From positions 1 to 14,295 of IMG/VR virus record IMGVR_UViG_3300045988_149043: DNA of 14,295 nucleotides. The stretch is one strand, 5' to 3'. Each line of letters begins with the position of its first letter. Position 1 is the stretch's first letter. Below the pieces are notes generated by a model. It saw nothing but the letters and a program-made list of their open reading frames with translations. It was not told the DNA's origin and did not search any database. Of the stretch, positions 1 through 7,067 are shown one piece after another. This DNA comes from a virus. The position numbers and the translations under genes are program-made.

Positions 1-294
1 GCGTAGTAGACAGAATTCTGTAATATTCCGGTTCCCACCGTTACAGATTTCTGTACAGTTGCTTGTACATGTCCTGCGAACATATGTCCATGGTGCGCGC
101 ACACCTGCAAGCATGGCAGGGGAGTGTGTGCCGGTGTACATAGTAACAATTGCTAGTTATAAGAATGATACAAATGTGCATAGTATGGTCATATAGTCCA
201 TGTACCTGCAAGGTGCTTTGTGCTATACTATAATTGTACCATAAGGGTACATATCGCTATACATCACACCGACACAGAAAGGGAGAATTTGAAA
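1..294. repeat. Left inverted terminal repeat (ITR-L), 294 bp
   Basis: Compared base by base, 1-294 is the exact reverse complement of 14002-14295. Identity ends one base before the ATG at 295. The repeat contains short palindromes and repeats (CAGAATTCTG 11-20, CAGATTTCTG 44-53, GTGCGCGCAC 93-102), a promoter-like element and an RBS. Confidence 0.95.
201..234 (+). promoter_or_regulatory. Putative early promoter inside ITR-L (mirror copy at 14062-14095 on the - strand)
   Basis: Overlapping -10-like hexamers TATACT/TACTAT/TATAAT at 224-234 are preceded by TG at 221-222 (extended -10 TGcTATACT). The -35 is weak (TGTACC, 201-206). A TGTACC-N5-GGTACA palindrome at 236-252 could be an operator. 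The core TACTATAA is shared with the late promoter at 13401-13408. Confidence 0.45.
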
Positions 295-543
295 ATGAAA
301 AAACGCAATATCACACCACTGGATTTTTACCGCATGTGCTACACCCTGTCCCCTGACATTATGGTTAGTGTGTACAGTGCAACAAAAGGTGATCTGCCCC
401 TGTGGACTGGTGAATTTCGTTCCATGCCCTTGTCATATCGCAATGCAACCATTGAGGATATGAACATTTTCGCAAAAGATTCAAAAATCGTAAAATTGAC
501 TTTTGCGCTGCAAGATAGGAGTATTGATTATGGCAAAGCGTAA
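295..543 (+). CDS. Small early protein (82 aa), unknown function; paralog of the 13434-13616 ORF
   Basis: ATG at 295 lies 8 nt after the SD AAGGGAGA (279-286). The longer GTG-220 ORF in the track would start inside the ITR with no RBS. It shares a DFYRxC...P...VY...GE[FY]..[ML]P pattern with the 60-aa right-arm ORF and overlaps the next gene by 14 nt. Confidence 0.6.
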   Translation: MKKRNITPLDFYRMCYTLSPDIMVSVYSATKGDLPLWTGEFRSMPLSYRNATIEDMNIFAKDSKIVKLTFALQDRSIDYGKA

Positions 544-1156
544 GCCCACGCAGTACGCATGGCAGGATCTTGAATATACTCCGTACTATCTCAAAAAGCA
601 CACAGAAGCAGAACTGCGCAAAGAATATAGTAAACTCCGCTCTATTGTGCGCAAACGTCAAGAGCGTCTGGAAAAATCAGAATTTGCGGATCTCGAAGAA
701 GTTAAGCATTATGGTAAGTTACCAACTGTCGCGCAAATTAAGAACAAACAGCAACTTGTCTATGCCTTGGCAGAAGCAAAGCGCTTTTTGAATGAAGATA
801 TTTCTATCACTCGTTTTAAGCGCGAACGCAAAGGCATGATTGCAAAGCTCAATGCTAATGGTTATGAATTTGTAACAAAACAGAATTTTTTATCATATGT
901 CACATTTATGGAGACTATGCGAACTATTGCGCAAAACATGCATTTTGACTCGGAACCGATTGCAAATCTTTTTGAAAGTGTAACAACCGGCAAAATACCT
1001 GCATCCAAAGTACAGAAATGGTTTGAGAAATTTATCAAAAAGCAAGAAGAAGCTGCCCGCGACTATCCCGCTAAATATTCTCGTACAAAAGGGGGTAAGG
1101 TTAAACTTGAAAGTAAAGACCTTGAAGAATGGGCAAGCCATTTGTTCGGTGATTGA
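530..1156 (+). CDS. Putative terminal (priming) protein, 208 aa
   Basis: ATG at 530 has the SD AGGAG (517-521) 8 nt upstream. The protein is highly charged, Lys/Glu-rich and looks helical. It sits immediately upstream of, and overlaps, the protein-primed polymerase gene, the same order as phi29 gene 3 then gene 2 and PRD1 gene VIII then gene I. The call rests on position and composition only; I recognised no motif. Confidence 0.5.
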   Translation: MAKRKPTQYAWQDLEYTPYYLKKHTEAELRKEYSKLRSIVRKRQERLEKSEFADLEEVKHYGKLPTVAQIKNKQQLVYALAEAKRFLNEDISITRFKRERKGMIAKLNANGYEFVTKQNFLSYVTFMETMRTIAQNMHFDSEPIANLFESVTTGKIPASKVQKWFEKFIKKQEEAARDYPAKYSRTKGGKVKLESKDLEEWASHLFGD

Positions 1157-3203
1157 CTTTCCTTTAGAGAAACTCGCCGTGCTGCCTGTTTTGGAACAGA
1201 AAATCACAAGAACCAAAAAGACAAAATTGCTTGATATTGTGACAGCGTTTGACATTGAAACAACTCGCATTAAGTCAATAGAACAAGCAGTTATGTATAT
1301 TTGGCAATGGCATTTTGCAGAACCCATCAATCTTACTGTTGTTGGAAGAACATGGGATGAATTTGAAGCATTTACTGCAAGCCTTGAAGCATATATGCGG
1401 GCGCTCTCTCAAGAAGATTATCATTTGCAGCTATGTGTATATGTACACAACTTGTCATACGAGTTTCAATTTTTGCGCGGTATCTATCATTTTACAAACG
1501 ATGAAATTTTCGCGGTTGACTGCCGGAAAGTTTTGAAATGCACGATGTACGATGATTTTTTTGAATTCCGGTGCAGCTATCTGCACTCGAATATGTCACT
1601 TGATGCGTACACTCACAAAATGGGCGTTGCCCACGGTAAACTATCCGGCATAAAATATGACTACAACAAACCCCGCTATCCCTGGACTGTGTTGTCTGAC
1701 GATGAACTGGAATACTGTGTAAATGATGTGCTCGGCCTGTGTGAAGCCCTAACCATTGAAATGCACCACGACAATGACAACCTGTACACAATCCCGCTAA
1801 CCTCAACCGGTTATGTGCGCCGTGATGCACGCGCAGCAATGAAACGCGCAGGGCTGGAACGTCTCGGCGCTATCCAGCCTGACGCGGAATTATACACGAT
1901 GTTGCGTGAAGCGTTCCGCGGCGGCAACACCCACGCCAACCGCTATTATACCGGTCAAGTGCTGCGCGGCAAAATACAGAGCGCAGACCGCAGCAGCAGT
2001 TACCCGGATGTGTTGTGTAATTGTCTGTATCCTATGCGGGCGTTTGAGCCTATTGGGGAAATAACACTGGATGGACTTAAACGGAAACTTAACAAGCACC
2101 GCAAAGCGTTGATAATGCGGATCGCATTAACAGACGTTGAGTTAATCAACCCCTGCTGGGGTTGTCCATATCTAACAATTGACAAGAGCCGGAATGTTAT
2201 TGACCCCGACCGCGACAATGGGCGGATTTTAAGTGCAAAATATCTTGAAACAACCGTGACAGATGTTGACCTTGCTATTATCCTTAAAGAGTACAAGTTT
2301 TCGGGGTTTAGGGCGTTTGATTGTTGGCAGTCAACATATGCAAAGCTGCCGCACGATCTGATCGAATGTGCAATAGATTATTACCGCGCAAAAACAAGTT
2401 TGAAGAATGTGCAGGGTCAAGAATTGTACTACATGAAAAGTAAAAATAAGCTCAATAGTATATACGGCATGATGGCACAAGATCCCGGCAAGCGCTCCAT
2501 ATTATACACCTCAGAGGAAGAATTTGAAATTGATGAAAAAACGCCAATTGAAAATATCTTGTCGCAAAATCTGCGCAACGCCTTTTTGTGCTATCAATGG
2601 GGCGTATGGGTGACAGCCAATGCACGCTATCGTCTTGAAGAGGGCATAGAGCTTGCAGGGGATGGCTTTATTTATTGCGACACCGACTCTGTTAAATATT
2701 TGGGCGACATTGATTGGACAAAATACAATAAAGCTAGAATCAAAGATAGTAAAGCATCCGGCGCTTATGCAGCAGACCCATTCGGCAAAATGCATTATAT
2801 GGGCGTTTTTGAACCCGAACATGATATGTGCGAATTTGCCACGTTGGGCGCGAAGAAATATTGCTACCGCGAAACGCCGAAAAGCCCACTGTGCTGCACG
2901 ATTGCAGGCGTTAATAAAAAAGAGGGCGCAAAAGAGCTGGAACGCCACGGCGGCATTGATGCATTTAAGCCGGGTTTTGTTTTCTGGGACGCGGGCGGCA
3001 CAGAATCTATATACAATGATAAACCAGAGATAGACAGCATTACAATAGACGGTCACACATTGCCAATTACCTCAAATGTCGTTATCCGAGAAAGTACCTA
3101 TAAACTAGGAATTACTACGGAATATATGGATTTGCTTTTGCGCTGCGACTACACAAGGAAAGGTATAGGCAGGCTGGATGAATATTTTGAAAATGGCTAT
3201 TGA
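1107..3203 (+). CDS. Protein-primed family-B DNA polymerase (phi29 p2-like)
   Basis: Motifs read from the translation:
- ExoI: FDIETT
- ExoII: HNLSYEFQF
- ExoIII: YCVNDVLGL
- YxGG-like: FRGGNTH
- Motif A: DRSSSYPD
- Motif B: KSKNKLNSIYG
- Motif C: YCDTDS
- KxY: GAKKYCY

The stop TGA is at 3201-3203. The start is uncertain because there is no in-frame ATG upstream of ExoI. Candidates are TTG 1107 (SD-like AAGGGGGTAAGG at 1089-1100), GTG 1149 (overlaps the upstream stop in GTGATTGA), GTG 1179 and TTG 1023 (the ORF maximum). Confidence 0.9.
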   Translation: MKVKTLKNGQAICSVIDFPLEKLAVLPVLEQKITRTKKTKLLDIVTAFDIETTRIKSIEQAVMYIWQWHFAEPINLTVVGRTWDEFEAFTASLEAYMRALSQEDYHLQLCVYVHNLSYEFQFLRGIYHFTNDEIFAVDCRKVLKCTMYDDFFEFRCSYLHSNMSLDAYTHKMGVAHGKLSGIKYDYNKPRYPWTVLSDDELEYCVNDVLGLCEALTIEMHHDNDNLYTIPLTSTGYVRRDARAAMKRAGLERLGAIQPDAELYTMLREAFRGGNTHANRYYTGQVLRGKIQSADRSSSYPDVLCNCLYPMRAFEPIGEITLDGLKRKLNKHRKALIMRIALTDVELINPCWGCPYLTIDKSRNVIDPDRDNGRILSAKYLETTVTDVDLAIILKEYKFSGFRAFDCWQSTYAKLPHDLIECAIDYYRAKTSLKNVQGQELYYMKSKNKLNSIYGMMAQDPGKRSILYTSEEEFEIDEKTPIENILSQNLRNAFLCYQWGVWVTANARYRLEEGIELAGDGFIYCDTDSVKYLGDIDWTKYNKARIKDSKASGAYAADPFGKMHYMGVFEPEHDMCEFATLGAKKYCYRETPKSPLCCTIAGVNKKEGAKELERHGGIDAFKPGFVFWDAGGTESIYNDKPEIDSITIDGHTLPITSNVVIRESTYKLGITTEYMDLLLRCDYTRKGIGRLDEYFENGY

Positions 3204-3228
3204 CATTTGGTCGCAAATGCAGTATCAT
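3200..3228 (+). promoter_or_regulatory. Sigma-70/sigma-A-type promoter for the SSB gene
   Basis: TTGACA (3200-3205), a 17-nt spacer, then TATCAT (3223-3228). It overlaps the polymerase stop codon. A small hairpin TTGTAG-N5-CTACAA lies at 3233-3249. Confidence 0.65.
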
Positions 3229-3289
3229 GTAATTGTAGTGAAGCTACAACACATAAAATGCAGACACGAATACAAAGGAGTAAACAATC

Positions 3290-3658
3290 ATGAAAATTAC
3301 AAAGAGCTATCCCGAAAATCTGAATCTGAAACAGGCTTACACCCTGACTCGCAGCCCTGAAAATCGCAACATGAAAACGTTGGAAGGTGCAACTTTTAAT
3401 GTTGCGGCTTATGCACTATATGAGGATGCAAACGCCAAGGGTGAAGAGCAGGAAATTCTTACAATCCTCACCAGCGAAGGTGATACTTTCAGCACCATTT
3501 CCGCAACGTTCAAACGCGACTTTGCCGCGATTGTTGACATGGTCGACCAGTACGATGCTGACATCACCACGGTTGACATTGAGGTCATTGGCGGCGAAAG
3601 CAAAAGCGGTCGCCACTACATCGGCTGCAAAATGAAATTAACCCCTTTCCATTCTTGA
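3290..3658 (+). CDS. Single-stranded DNA-binding protein, phi29 p5-like (122 aa)
   Basis: SD AAGGAG lies 8 nt upstream of ATG 3290. The size (122 aa) is close to phi29 p5 (about 124 aa). The segment EEQEILTILTSEGDTFSTISATF...AAIVDMV...VDIEVIGGESKSGRHY aligns by eye with my memory of phi29 p5, EETVTTIFAADGSLYSAISKTV...SDLIDLV...FKVKVVQGTSSKGNVF. The gene sits next to the replication genes. Confidence 0.6.
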   Translation: MKITKSYPENLNLKQAYTLTRSPENRNMKTLEGATFNVAAYALYEDANAKGEEQEILTILTSEGDTFSTISATFKRDFAAIVDMVDQYDADITTVDIEVIGGESKSGRHYIGCKMKLTPFHS

Positions 3659-3674
3659 CATAAATCCTCCCCAC

Positions 3675-3708
3675 AAAAGGGCGGCGGCTTGAAAACCGCC
3701 GCCCTTTT
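3675..3708 (+). terminator. Intrinsic terminator after the SSB gene
   Basis: GC-rich 9-bp stem GGGCGGCGG (3679-3687) pairs with CCGCCGCCC (3696-3704), with loop CTTGAAAA and a following TTTT (3705-3708). An A-tract at 3675-3678 can extend the stem. Confidence 0.8.
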
Positions 3709-3732
3709 GAAATACACGAAAGCGAGTAAAAG

Positions 3733-4797
3733 ATGAAAAAGAACAAGCTATACCTAAACTCTGGATACCTAAACATGGATTATATCATGGGCTTGAAAAC
3801 GCCATATATTATGGTTGTCGGCGGACGTGGCACAGGTAAAACATACGGCGCATTAAAATATGTGCTTGAGCACCGGATCACTTTTATGCTCATGCGCCGC
3901 ACACAAACCGCAATTGATCTTGTTAATAAGCCAGAATTCAGTCCCATCAAGCCGGTATGTGAAGATATGGGGTTATCTATCAAGCCTTTTCCGATCTCCA
4001 AGGGTAGCAGCGCTTTTTACGATGTGGATGAAGAGGGCAATAATTTGGGCGGCTTGCCATATGGCTACACCTGCGCACTGTCCACAATCTCCAATATGCG
4101 CGGTTTTAGCGCCGAGGATTGTAAAATCTGTATTTATGACGAATTTATTCCTGAAAAACACGAACGCCCCTTGAAAAATGAAGCTGCGGCATTTTACAAC
4201 GCGTATGAAACAATCAACCGTAATAGGGAGTTGAAAGGTGATCCGCCCCTTAAAATGCTATGTCTTGCCAACGCAAATGATATTGCAAACCCGCTGTTTC
4301 TGGACATGGGGCTTGTAGCTCGTGCGCAGCGGATGATAGACACCAAAACAGAGATGTGGCAAGATAATGAGCGCGGTATTACCATGATTATGCTCCAACA
4401 CTCCCCAATCTCGGCGGAAAAAGCCAATACCGCCTTGTATCGGCTTACCCGTAATACATTGTATAGCGCAATGGCGCTGGATAATGATTTTAGGCAAGAG
4501 TATAGCAGGATCAGCCCTCAAAAAATCATTGAGTATAAGCCCGTGTGTGTTGTGGGCGAATTGGAGATCTATCAACACAAATCCCGGATGCAATACTATG
4601 TAACTACACATAAATCCGGCGTGTGCCCAACCTATGAGAGCACAGAGCGCGGGATCCAGATGTTTAACGCGCACTTTGCATGGTTTAGGCTCACATACTA
4701 TTTAAGCAATACTGTTTTGTTTGAGTCGCCAATATGCGAAGTTTTACTAGATAAATATTTCCGCGAAGGTGTGAAAATCTCAAGCCGGAAAGCATAA
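3733..4797 (+). CDS. DNA packaging (encapsidation) ATPase, phi29 gp16-like
   Basis: Walker A VVGGRGTGKTY at residues 28-38 resembles phi29 gp16 VIGARGIGKSY at a similar offset. Walker B-like ICIYDEFIPE is present. At 354 aa it is close to gp16 (about 332 aa). Confidence 0.85.
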   Translation: MKKNKLYLNSGYLNMDYIMGLKTPYIMVVGGRGTGKTYGALKYVLEHRITFMLMRRTQTAIDLVNKPEFSPIKPVCEDMGLSIKPFPISKGSSAFYDVDEEGNNLGGLPYGYTCALSTISNMRGFSAEDCKICIYDEFIPEKHERPLKNEAAAFYNAYETINRNRELKGDPPLKMLCLANANDIANPLFLDMGLVARAQRMIDTKTEMWQDNERGITMIMLQHSPISAEKANTALYRLTRNTLYSAMALDNDFRQEYSRISPQKIIEYKPVCVVGELEIYQHKSRMQYYVTTHKSGVCPTYESTERGIQMFNAHFAWFRLTYYLSNTVLFESPICEVLLDKYFREGVKISSRKA

Positions 4798-4835
4798 AAA
4801 CAGCCCCTGCCGTATTGGCAGGGGCTGTTGCTGTT
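4796..4835. terminator. Bidirectional intrinsic terminator at the convergence of the two arms
   Basis: Perfect 11-bp stem CAGCCCCTGCC (4801-4811) pairs with GGCAGGGGCTG (4817-4827), loop GTATT. It is flanked by AAAAA (4796-4800) and TTGCTGTT (4828-4835). It lies between the ATPase stop (4795-4797) and the tailspike stop (4834-4836). Confidence 0.85.
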
Positions 4836-6819
4836 AAGAAATGTTAGGGCGCAAAACCTTGATTGCAGTCATGCCGTCATGATTATTCCAACGCGGGAAA
4901 TCCATTGGCGTGCCGTCCATGTTGCGGATACGGTCGAGAATCACTGGCGAATTGCCCGGCAAGAAGCCAGTCACCTGCACCGTAACCGCATAAGATGCAG
5001 GGCGCTTATAATAAAGGATGATAGCATTACCATCATTGACATAATACAACTTGTCAAGGTTTGTAACTACATCCCAAGTAACTGTCCGTCCCGCTCCGGC
5101 AGTTGCCCCATAAATGGCCTGATTGAGCTTGCGGTTGTCAAATGCGCTGATTGCAAACAATCCGCCGGATTCGGGATTGTTGGAAATAAAGACAGTATAA
5201 TCAATGTTGTTACGGTCGCAGATACGGATACAACCTTGCGATGTGTTGCCACCAGACGGCACCGGAATATAGGCAAATGCCTTGTACTGCTCCGGGTCTC
5301 CGGTCTCCGACTGCCCATCAACGGTATATTGGGTCTGGTCTGTGATTGCAAGGTCAATGCTGCGATGCTCTCCGGCCTTGCAAATATACTGGTTGTTAGC
5401 ACCAAAAATATACTCTCGCTTGGTGTAGATATACACATTGTTGATTTTGCACACCATGGCAGTGACAGGGTATTGACCAATAGTCTGCACCGTGGTGGAT
5501 ACTTTAGCGGTGCGATTGATTACACCGCCATCAATCGTCAACTGCGGGCTGGGGCTGGTGCCAATCAGTGCAAGTGCTGCGTTGCCCTCTCCGGTGGTTG
5601 CCGTGTTGTCGTCCACTGTATAAATCAGGTTGTTAATGTATGCAGCAGCTTTGCTTGGCCCATCAAACACAATTCCGTGGCGGCAAGTATCAAGATACAG
5701 GTTGGTGATGTGTACATCATTGTTAGTGACTTTAAGGCCATTGGTGTTTTCCCACCATGCGTTCGCGTCCACACCACCGGTTCCACCCCCCGGAATGCCG
5801 TGGTAAGTAGTCCAGTTGCAACCATACACGTTAGTACGGCAATCAAACCCGGTCTGGCATACCATTGCAAGCAGGTTGTTGCAATTACAATCTGGCGCCC
5901 GGTCGCCCCAGTAGAAAGCCGTGTTACCGGTCACACGCTCCACAGGGTGATCATCACTGAATCCCCATACCGAAATATTATCCATATAGCAGTAGCGGTT
6001 TAACGTGCTGGCATTGGGTTGCAAATACACGCCATAGGATTTTACGCCGCTAATACTTACATTAGAAATATAATTATCGGTGTATACATCCGTTGTAAAC
6101 ACAATGCCGCCAATCATGCCATTACAAATAATATCCAAATTTGCAATAACGACATTGCCGTTTACATTATTGCCAGATACAGTGAGCACGCCAAGGCTTC
6201 CAAACGCAGTAGGATTGCCTGTATACTGCAAAATAGTATCACTGCTGCCGCGTGCAGGGTCGCGGGAAGCGCTTGCACCATACAAGCTATGTTTGAGCTG
6301 CACCGGGGCGCTAATTTTGTAGACGCCCACAGGGATAAACAGCGGGTATAGTTTGGTGTAGGTGTTCAGGGTTTCGGTAATATCATCGGTGCCGTCTTTT
6401 TTAAGATTTTGAAACTCTTCAATCGAGCGGGGCGAGGGCTTAACAAGTTTAGCGCCGATTTTAAGCACCGCAAATTTGTGAGTTTCGCCATTTTTGTCGC
6501 TAAAAGGGAAAGCATCAAAATCATCAGAAAAACCCTCAACTGCGGCGGTTGCCATTCTTAAAGACACGCCCGCGATAACGGTTGTCGCGTCTGTGTTGCC
6601 AAACTGTGAATTGCCGTTACTCTGCGCGATCATTACGGGTTTATTGTTGGCCTGCAAGGTTAAAGTTGTACCTGCGCCAATAGTAAACGCACCGCTGCTG
6701 GTTGCGCTTGCATTCCCACTGGTGACTTTATCAAGTTTTTTATCAGTATTGGCGCGACCTTCTGTGTCTTTTACATCGTATGTGGTGTTGTCGATTTTGA
6801 ATTTGTCAACGTAAGACAT
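4834..6819 (-). CDS. Tailspike / appendage protein with a parallel beta-helix (pectate-lyase-like) domain, 661 aa
   Basis: SD AAGGGGGTG lies 5 nt upstream of ATG 6819. KKDGTDDITETLN...LFIPVGVYKISAPVQL resembles the Pectate_lyase_3 N-terminal signature (GDGxTDDT...iPxGtY). After it come Asn/Gly/Val-rich repeats typical of beta-helix rungs (NVNGNVVIANLDIICNGMIGGIVF...). It is the last late gene, which is the functional position of phi29 gp12. Confidence 0.7.
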   Translation of the reverse strand: MSYVDKFKIDNTTYDVKDTEGRANTDKKLDKVTSGNASATSSGAFTIGAGTTLTLQANNKPVMIAQSNGNSQFGNTDATTVIAGVSLRMATAAVEGFSDDFDAFPFSDKNGETHKFAVLKIGAKLVKPSPRSIEEFQNLKKDGTDDITETLNTYTKLYPLFIPVGVYKISAPVQLKHSLYGASASRDPARGSSDTILQYTGNPTAFGSLGVLTVSGNNVNGNVVIANLDIICNGMIGGIVFTTDVYTDNYISNVSISGVKSYGVYLQPNASTLNRYCYMDNISVWGFSDDHPVERVTGNTAFYWGDRAPDCNCNNLLAMVCQTGFDCRTNVYGCNWTTYHGIPGGGTGGVDANAWWENTNGLKVTNNDVHITNLYLDTCRHGIVFDGPSKAAAYINNLIYTVDDNTATTGEGNAALALIGTSPSPQLTIDGGVINRTAKVSTTVQTIGQYPVTAMVCKINNVYIYTKREYIFGANNQYICKAGEHRSIDLAITDQTQYTVDGQSETGDPEQYKAFAYIPVPSGGNTSQGCIRICDRNNIDYTVFISNNPESGGLFAISAFDNRKLNQAIYGATAGAGRTVTWDVVTNLDKLYYVNDGNAIILYYKRPASYAVTVQVTGFLPGNSPVILDRIRNMDGTPMDFPRWNNHDGMTAIKVLRPNIS

Positions 6820-6834
6820 TATTACACCCCCTTA

Positions 6835-7050
6835 TTAAGTGACATCATGCGTACCAGTAGTAATGCTGATAGTTTCAGTTGATGAGGTGTATGCCACCTC
6901 TACCCGCGACAGTTTTTCAAGCTCCGATACTTTATTAAGAGCATTAGTTGCGTTTTTGCTCGCCGTATCGGCTGTTGTGCGGGCTGTGCTATCTTTTACT
7001 TCAATATCTTCACCGCCAAGATTAAATTTAGAAACAAACTGTGTACCCAT
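6835..7050 (-). CDS. Small fibre-like structural protein (71 aa) sharing the tailspike N-terminal motif
   Basis: SD GAGGT is upstream of ATG 7050. The N-terminus FVSKFNLGGEDIEVKDSTAR parallels the tailspike N-terminus YVDKFKIDNTTYDVKDTEGR. The middle region looks coiled-coil-like (NALNKVSELEKL). Confidence 0.5.
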   Translation of the reverse strand: MGTQFVSKFNLGGEDIEVKDSTARTTADTASKNATNALNKVSELEKLSRVEVAYTSSTETISITTGTHDVT

Positions 7051-7067
7051 ATTAGTACCTCACTTTC

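Noticed and set aside
220-294. N-terminal extensions of the terminal ORFs into the ITRs (GTG 220 on the left; ATG 14062 on the right)
   Set aside because: Both would start inside the shared ITR with no SD. The ITR-encoded SD GGGAGA is correctly spaced for the ATGs at 295 and 14002. The extension residues are identical in both only because they are ITR sequence.
2511-3056. 181-aa - strand ORF and 126-aa + strand ORF (2653-3033) inside the polymerase gene
   Set aside because: They overlap the region encoding conserved polymerase motifs (YCDTDS, KxY) in other frames. They have no RBS and odd compositions.
3178-3360. 60-aa + strand ORF spanning the gap between the polymerase and SSB genes
   Set aside because: It covers the promoter and leader of the SSB gene and overlaps the SSB start out of frame. 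It has no SD.
4828-6003. 391-aa ORF on the + strand
   Set aside because: It lies entirely antisense to the tailspike gene, begins inside the convergent terminator, has no SD, and has an Arg/Val/Ile/Cys-rich composition typical of a mirror-frame artefact.
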